From the IMG/VR virus record IMGVR_UViG_3300001525_000065, positions 32,001 through 96,000 of that record: a stretch of DNA of 64,000 bases. The stretch is one strand, 5' to 3'. Under the pieces are notes generated by a model. That model saw nothing but the letters and a program-made list of their open reading frames with translations, was not told where the DNA came from and did no database searches. Positions 46,434 to 56,800 of this stretch are shown here, piece by piece (position 1 is the first letter of the stretch; every line of letters starts with the position of its first letter). The position numbers were made by a program, and so were the translations under genes. This DNA is from a virus (taxonomy: Duplodnaviria > Caudoviricetes).

Positions 46434-46850
46434 TTATCTACAATTATGGCAAGTATAATGATCTATACCTGCACGTTCTTTAAGAGATGCCATCCACATA
46501 ATGGGTAAACATGAAGATATATCCAAATTATAATAGCTAGTGATGAGATCTTTATAATGATCAGTGTCTATGCACTTATCCATAAATATCATAACTGAAT
46601 AAGATGTGAATTTATTATCAGATGTATAGTTAGGATCTACTATCACTCTACCTCTAGGATAATAGTCAAATGGCACTTCATGACCATCCACTAGGTATTT
46701 AGATCTGTAATGATGCCATGTATTCTCATGAGTCTTATTAGCTAATGAGTATTCATAGTTATAATGAGGCACTTCTACTGCAGAACCTACCACTTCATTA
46801 TCAATAATCCAGAAGTATCCTTCAGATGGATAAGATTCTAAAATCTTCAT
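46434..46850 (-). CDS. Hypothetical protein, paralog of 8394-8762
   Basis: GYFWIID, HENTW, YYPRGRV, HYTC. Confidence 0.75.
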   Translation of the reverse strand: MKILESYPSEGYFWIIDNEVVGSAVEVPHYNYEYSLANKTHENTWHHYRSKYLVDGHEVPFDYYPRGRVIVDPNYTSDNKFTSYSVMIFMDKCIDTDHYKDLITSYYNLDISSCLPIMWMASLKERAGIDHYTCHNCR

Positions 46851-46862
46851 AATACATCTCCA

Positions 46863-47360
46863 TTACTCTTTCTCTCTAGGAGATAGATCTACTGATCCAT
46901 TCTCATAAGTAGCTATCCTCTTAGGTATCCATTCATATTTACTCTTCTTCATATATGATGCACGATTAAGTGCATTTGATCTGGTAGGGAAGATAAGTAT
47001 GGACTCATTACTCTTATCAGTAGTATAGCCATCAGATGTGAGATATCTATTGCCTGATGCCAATACATAACCATAACCATAAGAATCCATATTCTTAGAT
47101 AGCATACTCACTGTAGATGATTTCTTAGTCTTGAACTTGAGAGTAGGAATTTCTATTTCACCAGGATCAGTAGTATTCTGTAGGATACTCTTCACTTCTG
47201 CATCAATGTCTAAGATCTTATCTTTAGGCAAGTCTAATTCTAGGAGTTTCTTAGCTACTTCCTCAGGATAATTATACATGATTGATACATGTTCAATGCC
47301 ATCCTTAGCAATTATAGCAGAGTATCTACGCTCAATTAACACTATCATTGTATCATTCAC
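46863..47360 (-). CDS. Hypothetical protein
   Basis: Coupled ORF. Confidence 0.65.
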   Translation of the reverse strand: MNDTMIVLIERRYSAIIAKDGIEHVSIMYNYPEEVAKKLLELDLPKDKILDIDAEVKSILQNTTDPGEIEIPTLKFKTKKSSTVSMLSKNMDSYGYGYVLASGNRYLTSDGYTTDKSNESILIFPTRSNALNRASYMKKSKYEWIPKRIATYENGSVDLSPREKE

Positions 47361-47887
47361 CTCATTATATCTATCTTACTACCTAGTGATAATCTAGCAT
47401 ACTTGAATCCATGACTATGCATCTGATAATTCTTATTAGTCTCATAAAGATGACCAGATGAATAGTACCTACGAATTCTATCTACTACATAATCAGTACC
47501 ATCATCTAGTGTATACATCTTAGATTGATCACCTATCAGTACTTCTACTATGTGAGTAGTCCTAGCAAGATAATCTAGCCATACTAATAATGTGTTAGAT
47601 TGTTCATGAGTAATGACATGATCAGGACTACACATGACATAGTACTTAGGTACATCACATCTTATGCATCCTAGATCTCTCAGGGTTGGACTGCCTGCAG
47701 TTCTGATGTATTCATATGATGATAAATTATTATCAATGAGCCATTTCTCTACATCCGAATGATGACTGCATCTGGATAGATTCAATAAGTATCCATTAGG
47801 TAGAATGTATGCAGGTCCATTGTATGGATGATCAATAGTACCATAATGATCTACTATGAGATCTAATAATGCATCTGAATCCATCAT
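47357..47887 (-). CDS. Hypothetical protein
   Basis: Coupled ORF; YILPNG...H...GCIR. Confidence 0.7.
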   Translation of the reverse strand: MMDSDALLDLIVDHYGTIDHPYNGPAYILPNGYLLNLSRCSHHSDVEKWLIDNNLSSYEYIRTAGSPTLRDLGCIRCDVPKYYVMCSPDHVITHEQSNTLLVWLDYLARTTHIVEVLIGDQSKMYTLDDGTDYVVDRIRRYYSSGHLYETNKNYQMHSHGFKYARLSLGSKIDIMR

Positions 47888-49506
47888 AGGATATCATCTA
47901 GGAGATCAAGCTGAACAATCTCATAGTCTAGACAATCATCCTCAGTACAATCAGAATCAGGATCAGGCTCAAGTAGCTCTAGCTGCTCAGCACCTTCATC
48001 CTCACCTTTAGCTATGTCATTAGTGACCTCTGAGATCTGCTTAAGACACTCCTGAAGCTGACCTACATGCTTATTCTCCTCAGAGTTGATATCATCAATA
48101 ACTGCTAGCATCTGATTATGACCTAGTTCTACTATGTAATCATGAAGCTTATTATAGTCATTGATGGTATCCCATTCTGCATTGATCATCTCAATGAGTG
48201 CATCTGCTAGCTCAGTATCATTAGCGCATAGTTTATTATTGAGTTCTAGCTTCTCAGTCTTAGCCTTATTAGCAAACATAGCACGTCTCTGTGCATCAGC
48301 TTGTTTCTTAGTTCTAAACTCTCCATGAGTCTTGCCTGACTTACCTACATTGACCCATTTATTACCTCTCTTGACTGTGTCTTCACTGAGATTATCATGC
48401 ATAAGACTGAAGGTATTTCTGATTGATGCTACCTGACTAAGTATCTCAGTTCTATACTCAGGATGTTTATCAATCATCTTCTCTAAAGAATACTTGATTG
48501 CATATGCATCTTCATTTATCTTATCTAGATATTTATCTAGATCATCCTGAGTAAATGATCCATCTCTCCAATCTTCGTCAAGTGGCACTTCTACATCATC
48601 AGGTAGCACATAGATATCAGTAAGATCTACATCACTGAGCTCTCTCGCACAGTCTCTGGCATCCTGTACATATCTAACGAACTGTTCATACTCGTTGAGC
48701 CTCAGAGATCCATAGTTGTCAGTTGTAATTTTGAATTCTTCAGTCCTATAATCGTACCAAATCTCAGGAGCGTACTGATGATCATTGGATAGTTCTATAA
48801 CTATCTGATCTCCATCACGGAATGCATTGCCAAGAATGTATCCGTACTTATATGCTATCTCATCTATCTCAAGAAATACATCAGAATCTCTCATCTCTTG
48901 CTCAGGGTCTATGTACTCAAGCAGGTCAATACTATCTACCTTACCCGAAGATACATTAGATGCCTGAGTAGCTTCCTCGAAGATATCATCATCCTCATCA
49001 TAATCATCAGGATAACTAATTACCTTATCTGCAAGATCTTTCTTAATGGACCATCCAGACTCATCATCAGGCTCATCAGATGCCCACCATGTCTCATCAT
49101 CTATCTCACGCACAATGTATAGATCACCATAAGGTCCAAAGTCCACTAAGGTGCCTTTAGGAAGATCAGTAGGAACTTTATCTTCAGTCAGGCATTCACC
49201 AACCTCACAAGGTATCTCGATCTCATCTGCATGATAGTCAGTAACGTCTTTATAGATCTTATCACCTGATTCTTCATCCTGACCCGTAATATTATGAGTA
49301 GTCACTGAGTACTTCACCTTATACTTATGACCAGTTTCAGTATCTCCTAGATCCTCATAAGAATCTAGAGAAATGGATGACATCTCATTATCATTAGCAT
49401 TATTAAGATAATCAGTTATCTTAGTTCTGACTTCTTCTGATTCTCTAATTATTTTCATTGGAATCACTCCTTTATAGATTTCCATATAGGTGCTGTATTC
49501 TGCCAA
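47884..49506 (-). CDS. Acidic multi-domain protein with C-terminal ferritin-like motif (start probably ~49458, MKIIRES)
   Basis: INAEWDTINDY...EENKHVGQL; domains joined by LxE linkers. Confidence 0.65.
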   Translation of the reverse strand: MAEYSTYMEIYKGVIPMKIIRESEEVRTKITDYLNNANDNEMSSISLDSYEDLGDTETGHKYKVKYSVTTHNITGQDEESGDKIYKDVTDYHADEIEIPCEVGECLTEDKVPTDLPKGTLVDFGPYGDLYIVREIDDETWWASDEPDDESGWSIKKDLADKVISYPDDYDEDDDIFEEATQASNVSSGKVDSIDLLEYIDPEQEMRDSDVFLEIDEIAYKYGYILGNAFRDGDQIVIELSNDHQYAPEIWYDYRTEEFKITTDNYGSLRLNEYEQFVRYVQDARDCARELSDVDLTDIYVLPDDVEVPLDEDWRDGSFTQDDLDKYLDKINEDAYAIKYSLEKMIDKHPEYRTEILSQVASIRNTFSLMHDNLSEDTVKRGNKWVNVGKSGKTHGEFRTKKQADAQRRAMFANKAKTEKLELNNKLCANDTELADALIEMINAEWDTINDYNKLHDYIVELGHNQMLAVIDDINSEENKHVGQLQECLKQISEVTNDIAKGEDEGAEQLELLEPDPDSDCTEDDCLDYEIVQLDLLDDIL

Positions 49507-50183
49507 TTACTGGCATCAGATGCAGGTAGTTGTTCCAGAGCATATACCACTTTCTTATCTCTACGATAAACTAGCGCACCTACTTCCACATCTGTAAGGC
49601 TGGTCATGCTTGATTCATCATCAGCTACAAAGATCTGAGGAGTAGCTCTAGCACTCTTATTAAGATCAGGATCTCTTACAAATGATCGAGTAACTGCATC
49701 ATAATAATAGTACACTGTATCCTGATTATAATTCTTATCATGCACTACCTTGATTACTTTACCATTAGCTAGGAAATCAGAAGGTAGTCTAAGCATCGAA
49801 TCGAAAGTAGGTACTACTATGAATTTATCAGCATCTGGATTAAGATAAGATGATGCTTGGTAAGTAAGTGTTAATTCATAACTGCTAGTCAATACATCAA
49901 TATCATCTGCAATAAGCGTTATGATGAACTTACATGAGATAACCTTATTAGGTTCAACTAGATCAGATGGAATTGATACATCTCCATTAGCATCTAGTTC
50001 TATTCTCTCAGATGTAAGTCCAGTATCATTTATCATGTATTGCATCTTGTACTTGTCAGTAGTGTAATTATCTGGATAATTAGTACGAATAACATATGTA
50101 TCAACTATTGTTGGATCAACCTGAATGACTGACCATGCATCACCACTAGCAAATCCATTCGAGTTAATATCTATATTAATCAT
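49464..50183 (-). CDS. Hypothetical, possibly structural protein
   Basis: Two short related C-terminal modules. Confidence 0.6.
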   Translation of the reverse strand: MINIDINSNGFASGDAWSVIQVDPTIVDTYVIRTNYPDNYTTDKYKMQYMINDTGLTSERIELDANGDVSIPSDLVEPNKVISCKFIITLIADDIDVLTSSYELTLTYQASSYLNPDADKFIVVPTFDSMLRLPSDFLANGKVIKVVHDKNYNQDTVYYYYDAVTRSFVRDPDLNKSARATPQIFVADDESSMTSLTDVEVGALVYRRDKKVVYALEQLPASDASNWQNTAPIWKSIKE

Positions 50184-50581
50184 ACATACTCCTTACCTAG
50201 TGCTAGAGGTCTACATAGCCTACGAATCTCATCCTCAATGATGAATGTGTTCTGACTGAGCTTATCAGTATCCATGGTCCTAGCACTAGTTACTGACTGA
50301 CCAGTCATGAGATTGATCTTATCCTTATTGATCTCGACAATAACCTGATCATCCTTAGGTTCACAAGGTTTAGCTACTGCAGAATTGCCTCTGATTACTC
50401 GATTGATAGCTGCAGCAGTATCAATGGTAATTTGATAAGGGCAGTCAACTCCAGTAATAGTATTGTAATTGATAAGTTCATTGAGTATCTCAGCTAGGTC
50501 ACCTGACTTGAGTACTTTCATCACATTATCAAATCCAATGCCAGTAGTCATAATTGCTTCATTGACTCTCTTTACTCTCAT
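50180..50581 (-). CDS. Hypothetical protein
   Basis: Coupled ORF. Confidence 0.65.
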   Translation of the reverse strand: MRVKRVNEAIMTTGIGFDNVMKVLKSGDLAEILNELINYNTITGVDCPYQITIDTAAAINRVIRGNSAVAKPCEPKDDQVIVEINKDKINLMTGQSVTSARTMDTDKLSQNTFIIEDEIRRLCRPLALGKEYV

Positions 50582-51587
50582 TCATTTTATCCTCACTTTC
50601 ATTAGAATTATTCCTAGGTCTGTATGCTCTCATCTTCTTATGAGTGTAGTGCCTACGTACCTGGTACTTAGAAAACTCACAAAAGATATTCTCTAGTGAC
50701 ATTATATTTATACATCTGTCATATTCTAGTAGATCATAGAATAATTCATTAGGATTATAATGCAGATGATTCTGATTAAAGATACTAGCTAGATTATCTC
50801 TAATCCAGAATAAAAGCTCATCATCTGATAATCCATCTAAGTCAGTTATCAACATATGCAATCCATATGAGCATCCAGGTCCACTGACTACAAATTCATT
50901 CTCACTAAATGGAAATTCATCTATGTAGCATAGATCTACATAGAACTGATAAGCTAAGAATGATCCACATCCAAAGATGCTATGTTGTAATAAATTATAC
51001 ACATCTACTTGACTATTGCATGATAACAATTTATCAGCTAGTCCATTCTGTATAAGATCTCTAGTTATGTATAATGGAGCATACTGGGATTGACTAGAAT
51101 AGTCCAGATCATACTTCTTACAGTTATGTATTCTGAATCCAATAGTCTTGTATGCATTAGTGTAATATAATGCATTAGTAACTGAATCAAGAGCAGTTAT
51201 GCATCGATCAATCCATCCATCAGTAAATCTGATAGGAAGATCAAGCAGCTCACCAGTAGTATCTACATTATACATTCTATACAGCAATGTATTGTAAATT
51301 CTATCTGATAAACTAAATGAATCATTGTTACTTATGTGATTGATCAGCCATTTACTGCATCTGTCATGCTCACGTCTTACCTGAGTGAATCTTAGCCTAC
51401 TTAGTATTGGATCAGTAGTCCATGGACTAGGTAGTTGCAATACATCTTTCTTTATATGTATTGAGTATCTTTCGTGGATATAGTAGTGCAGTAGTTTAAG
51501 CATCTCAAGATCATACGATGGATGAGCATTATGGATCTTAGATTCATCCACATTGCAATAATGTATGTCACTAGGTTTAGTTATCAT
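50559..51587 (-). CDS. aGPT-Pplase1-like (amino acid:DNA transferase) thymidine hypermodification enzyme
   Basis: ER...PWTTDPIL...FTQVRREHDR, GSFLAYQFYVDL, GPG, ENIFCEFSKY signature. Confidence 0.82.
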   Translation of the reverse strand: MITKPSDIHYCNVDESKIHNAHPSYDLEMLKLLHYYIHERYSIHIKKDVLQLPSPWTTDPILSRLRFTQVRREHDRCSKWLINHISNNDSFSLSDRIYNTLLYRMYNVDTTGELLDLPIRFTDGWIDRCITALDSVTNALYYTNAYKTIGFRIHNCKKYDLDYSSQSQYAPLYITRDLIQNGLADKLLSCNSQVDVYNLLQHSIFGCGSFLAYQFYVDLCYIDEFPFSENEFVVSGPGCSYGLHMLITDLDGLSDDELLFWIRDNLASIFNQNHLHYNPNELFYDLLEYDRCINIMSLENIFCEFSKYQVRRHYTHKKMRAYRPRNNSNESEDKMNESKESQ

Positions 51588-51616
51588 AAGTAACCTCCAT
51601 TGCCTATGATAATCAA

Positions 51617-52471
51617 TTATACACTAGTTAGATCAGATGCATCCTGACTCCATATATCTGCTAATGCATCTCCATACTCTGATACCTGATTATTGATCCA
51701 TGACATCTCACTAATGACATCTGCATTATTCTGGATGTTATCATTAATAGCATCTGAGATATCTTCTCCGTTCTCTCTAGCATCTCGTATAATTGGATAG
51801 AATACATCTGGTAGAATATCAGCTATGCCCTGATAAACTCTATTATAGCTATACTGTGTAGAGATCTCGTTACTACGTGCAGCAGCATAGATAGCAAAAT
51901 AATCATCTTCAGGAGATGGATCGACTGGTATTACATCGTCAATGATAAGATCTATAAGACCCTTCTTGGTATCAATACCTTCATACTCCTTCATGATGTC
52001 AAGAATTTCAGAGTCATCACTATCTACTGCAGATGTGTCATCTTCTGTCTCTTCTGCTTCAGTCACTGCTAGCTTGGATTCATCAAGATTAGTAGGTACT
52101 ACAAATAGCCAATAAGGATATCTACCCTCATCTGCATCAGTAGTATCTACCATCTTGTACCCTAGCTTACGTAGCTGAGCTGCTTGAGTTCTACGATCAC
52201 CTTTAGTCTTATAACTAAGCTGATACACATTGTCAGTATCGATGAAGTCATAAGGATCATAGTACACATACTTGTCTACCTGATTCTTAGTGAGATGCTT
52301 TACCTTAGGTGCATACTTAGATAGCTCAGGAATCTTATCAGTAAACTTACCATCAATGAATGCCTTAGCTACTTCTTCAGTAGGTAAATCTGCCATATCC
52401 TCCATCTTATCGATGAATACTGAATAGCTGCCATCATCCATCTTCTTGATTTCATAACCTCTATAAGTCAT
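51617..52471 (-). CDS. Acidic hypothetical protein
   Basis: 284-aa ORF with LDES and VTEA linkers. Confidence 0.7.
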   Translation of the reverse strand: MTYRGYEIKKMDDGSYSVFIDKMEDMADLPTEEVAKAFIDGKFTDKIPELSKYAPKVKHLTKNQVDKYVYYDPYDFIDTDNVYQLSYKTKGDRRTQAAQLRKLGYKMVDTTDADEGRYPYWLFVVPTNLDESKLAVTEAEETEDDTSAVDSDDSEILDIMKEYEGIDTKKGLIDLIIDDVIPVDPSPEDDYFAIYAAARSNEISTQYSYNRVYQGIADILPDVFYPIIRDARENGEDISDAINDNIQNNADVISEMSWINNQVSEYGDALADIWSQDASDLTSV

Positions 52472-52474
52472 GAG

Positions 52475-52657
52475 TTACTTACCTCTCTTCTTTTGTCTCT
52501 TCTCACTCATCTTATCAAAATATCCATTATGAAGATTTTCAGCTCGACGAGTGAGATTAATCAATTTTCTATCCTCATCATATGCTTTATATGGATCACA
52601 CTCAGAATGACAATGAGGATGCCTATTCTGACAATCCTTACATGGACTAACGAGCAT
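52475..52657 (-). CDS. Small Cys-rich protein
   Basis: PCKDC...CHSEC...Y motif common in Firmicutes phages. Confidence 0.65.
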   Translation of the reverse strand: MLVSPCKDCQNRHPHCHSECDPYKAYDEDRKLINLTRRAENLHNGYFDKMSEKRQKKRGK

Positions 52658-52970
52658 GACCGAATACTTTATGGATTATCTTACTAATCCATGACTCATG
52701 ATGAGTAGGTGCATCCGCAATGCTCTCATCAGGTTCTATCTCATCAATACATATCTGATCTGTTCCAGGTGTATCTGCTGAAATTGCAGTATCTATGTAT
52801 GATGTACCATCATCAGTAAATAGTGGATAAACTCGCTCACCTTCATAGAATACTGCATAACCTTCGTGCTCATCCACAGTAGCCATAGCATGATTAATGT
52901 CTGCATAACTAGCTATCTGACTAGCAGAATCATCTGCTGACTTACGCACTTTGTATGGTCTAGTAGGCAT
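52647..52970 (-). CDS. Small protein resembling a stand-alone clostridial lysin cell-wall-binding repeat
   Basis: YKVRKS...SQIASY...NHA...GYAVF...G.RVYP. Confidence 0.5.
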   Translation of the reverse strand: MPTRPYKVRKSADDSASQIASYADINHAMATVDEHEGYAVFYEGERVYPLFTDDGTSYIDTAISADTPGTDQICIDEIEPDESIADAPTHHESWISKIIHKVFGHAR

Positions 52971-53009
52971 GGTTCTTACTATCCTTTCAGTTAATTTTGT
53001 TAATGCATG

Positions 53010-53133
53010 ACGTTCACTTAGCGCTCTAGCACGTTTAGAGCCTCTCTAGACCTCGTTAGCGCATGTAGGGGCAAAACCCTCCCCTTGACACTAACGAGGC
53101 TCCTAGGACGTTCTAGAGGCTCTAGAGACGTTA
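53010..53133. repeat. Dispersed quasi-palindromic repeat, copy 6
   Basis: Core ggggcaaaaccctcccc; TAG at 53019/27/36/47/57/66 and CTA at 53091/103/113/122. Confidence 0.9.
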
Positions 53134-53200
53134 GGACTAGAGTACCCTCTTTTCAAAAGTTTAGGAGACACTAAGTATTGATACATTGAGTCACCTAAAC

Positions 53201-53227
53201 TAGACTCGTTCATGCGCATGAATTACT
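53201..53227 (-). promoter_or_regulatory. Promoter-like motif AGTAAT-N11-AACGAGTCTA
   Basis: Intergenic and oriented toward the downstream - strand genes. Confidence 0.6.
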
Positions 53228-53247
53228 TCATAATACAATTACTGTAT

Positions 53248-53853
53248 TTAAGTTATTTCTTGATTGACTGTAATTATTACATTATGAATGGATGTCTCTA
53301 CTAGTACTACTGCCATGTATGCCATGTTATTAGTAGTTGATGACTGCTTTAATGTGAAATCAAGAACTCCTTGACTAGGCATATTAGTTATTGGAGTTGC
53401 TACATTAGCTAAGCCATTGAAGTTATTATATCCTACAGCTATCTCAGTTTTATCAGCATCATAAAACTTAAATGATTGATAGCTTAGGTCGTTTGATCCA
53501 GTCCATCTAATTCTAATTGTATCACCTATCTTACATGGAATCAAGCCTACGATATTTGTAGATGCTTCAGCTACAGGTGAGCCACTTGAGCCATTGAATC
53601 TCATGCCAGTATATAACCATGATTTTCCTACGTTATTCCCACTAAAATCGACTCCATTCCATGCATAATTAGTATATCTAGGAATAGAAATAGTAGCAGA
53701 GCGTAGTTTCCCTAGCATTTCTGATGGTCTATACTTTTGTGTAGTACCTAATACACTACGGATAATGTCTGCGAAACCTACTAAGATCTCCCTCGAAATT
53801 GTATATCTATTATACTCTATTACCTCAGTTGTATCAGAAGGATCAGTTGCCAT
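53248..53853 (-). CDS. Fibre-associated hypothetical protein
   Basis: Follows the large fibre gene; beta-rich C-terminus. Confidence 0.6.
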   Translation of the reverse strand: MATDPSDTTEVIEYNRYTISREILVGFADIIRSVLGTTQKYRPSEMLGKLRSATISIPRYTNYAWNGVDFSGNNVGKSWLYTGMRFNGSSGSPVAEASTNIVGLIPCKIGDTIRIRWTGSNDLSYQSFKFYDADKTEIAVGYNNFNGLANVATPITNMPSQGVLDFTLKQSSTTNNMAYMAVVLVETSIHNVIITVNQEIT

Positions 53854-53868
53854 AATTGTATACCTCCT

Positions 53869-56800
53869 TTAGAATGAAGAAATTTCAGCAGTACCTGTTT
53901 CAGCCCATTCAGGCTTACCATCAGTACCTACTACCAAGATCTTACCTGCATCTGATGTAGTACACATAGGTACTACATATCCACCTAGCATAAGATTACC
54001 ATCAGTACCAACTACTACTGCTTTACCTGCATTATTGGTACCTTGATCAATACTCATCAGAGATAACTCAGAGATGGACCATCCACCTGATGTGCATACT
54101 AGTGTAGATGTCTTATTAAGCGATACATTAGTGAATGCTAATTGATCACTACTAATATAAACTAGATGATACAAACTATTATTGAGACTAGCATACAGAC
54201 GTAGATGAGATTCAGTAACTAATGATGTAAGATATGCAAATGTATCAGTACCATTACTAGGTGTTATAACCTTAGTAGTTGAGTTCTGAGTAAGAGTAAC
54301 TACATATCCTTGATTAGTTACCCATAATTTATTATTAATATCTGATATTACAGGAAAACCATTTGTAGGAATGTCCCCTGTACCTGTTTCAGGTATCTTC
54401 GCTAGTATATTCTGGCTAGCTACTACTACTGCAGAATAATCTATTAGGTCAGTAGCATGAGGTGGATTATTAACATTATCTGCAGTAACAATACCTGTAA
54501 TGCTATCTAGCACTGCCTTATTAGTATGAGAATGCCTAGCAGCTGTATTAGCAGCTATGTCATCAGTAGGTACTTCAGGTATCTTTACAGTAATTTCACT
54601 ACTACCATCATATGACTGAGTAGATGCTCCAGTGAATACTAGTGCATAAGGATTCTTGAGTGAAGTAGGTAGATCTGGCGAAGGTTTAGTGTATAGCTTA
54701 CCCTCTGCATCAATACCTACATCTTGGGTCATTTCATCTGTCTTATCAATAGGTTGAACCATACCTGCTTTAGATGAAGTAGCTATAGCCCTGAGATCAG
54801 TTTTACGTATCACAAATCCTTTAATAGTACCAGTAGTCTTGTCATAGGTTCCTAAGCTAGTCCATGAAGTTGTGACTGCACTGGTATCTCGGATTGTAGC
54901 AGTATGATATCCATCTGATTTTATAGAGACCAAGAACTGTGCATGTTCTTGAGCAGCAGGAAGCGAACCCAGAATAAGCTCATTATAATAAGAAGCTCTA
55001 AACGAGTCACTCTCTGTTTCATAAATTCTCCAATGGATACCACGCACTACTGCAGCAGTGCTTCTACTGTTGCTAGCTCTGAGTTCATCAATAAGTATCA
55101 CTTCGTTAGCAGGATCAGTAGCATCTAGGATTCTTACATAGGGTGTATCTGACGTAACTGGCAGATAATTGTAGTCTAACTTATGATAATTATCTATCTT
55201 AGGGTATGAGAATGATGATACATAAGATGATCCATCAGTACTTTTATACAAATAGATATCATAATTAGCGGAGAATGTATGACTAGCGCTGCCTAAGGCA
55301 GCATAAGTTGCAGTAGTTGGCGTAGCGAAAACTATTAATACAGTAGATTGGTCAGCAGTACTAGTACTAAGCATACATGATCCTTCAGGGGTATCAGCAG
55401 AAGATCCATCAGTAAATGTCGTTACTGCTTGGCCATTGATTTTCATTTTTGTATAATTATCTTTGACATAGTCATACGTCATATATGATGGTACTGTCCA
55501 CTGCTTTGACCAAAGGGTACCTGAACTAAGACCCCCATCTGCAGCTACTTGAACTCTTGAAGCCCAATTAGTAGTATCGCCATCCCATGATAATGTATAA
55601 GTATTATTCACTGATGGGTTATTTGCATCGTAGTAGTGAGTACGGTTAAGAATATGTCCTGCAGTATGAGAATTAGAATCATTATTAGACCAGTCTGGAG
55701 CAGTTGAGAATGTATATGATTCTAGGGTACCATTACCCCTATACACTAAATCCACAGCTTTATTAGCGTTAATAAGTGATTGAACCTTAACGCGCAAGAA
55801 GCCATCTACGCCACGTGAGTACGCATAATTGCTAACTGCTATCATCTGAGAATCAGTGTATAGGGATGAACGTAGACTGCTTTCTTCTAGAAGATACGAG
55901 TAGATTTCTAACAATGTACTAGGTGCTACACCATCATTAGTAGTCCATTTGTTACCTATAAGTATTACTTGCTGATTTTGTTTGATTGCTCCTCTTATCA
56001 CATTATTGTATATGTTAAATGGACTTGCCAATATATTTGTATTAATTACTGGTGAATGAACTTCTTGTGGTGCAGATACATATGCCCATCCGGCAGATGA
56101 TGTAGATAATGCTACTATAATTGCAGAACTAGGAGGGTATATTGAAGGAGTTTGCGATACTGCTACTTGAGTGAGAAATGTATCATTATATATCTCAAGA
56201 GTTAAGTATGATGAACCAGATTGACCAAATCGTGAGTACACTCTAGTAGTCCTACCTGCTGATCGAACACTAGAATATGGGTCACTAGAAGTAGACTCAG
56301 ATTCTATAACTTTCCAAAATAAACCATCGATGATCCATGCGTTACTATCTCCATTAGTAGAATGACTTGCAATATAATCAGCAAGTATCACTGGATTATT
56401 ACTATCAGTAGCATCAATTGTGTATGGATCATCTGATCCTGATTCGAATTTTCTCCATTGTACATCTACGACTAATGAATCAAGTTGGAAGCCTAGATTT
56501 ACTATCGCTAGCGATACATTACTGTTACTATCATACAATTCACTCACTGCATAGACTCTTAATTCATCAGAAGAAGCGTATGTATTAATAGCAACTAAAC
56601 GCGATCCATCTTCCAGCTCTACTATGAGGTTTACATGCTTCATCAATCTAAAGTAACTGTAGCATACAGCTGCCCATGACGGCTTATTATGATTTGCAAT
56701 TACATATGCACCTTGATCAGTATCATAATAAATATTTAGATAAGGCGCATTAGTTATATCATATGCATATGCATCATACCAATCATTAGATATGTCATAA

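Noticed and set aside
6042-53133. Dispersed repeats as CRISPR arrays, tRNAs or simple terminators
   Set aside because: No repeat-spacer tandem structure, no cloverleaf, no U-tract, and orientation is unrelated to transcription.
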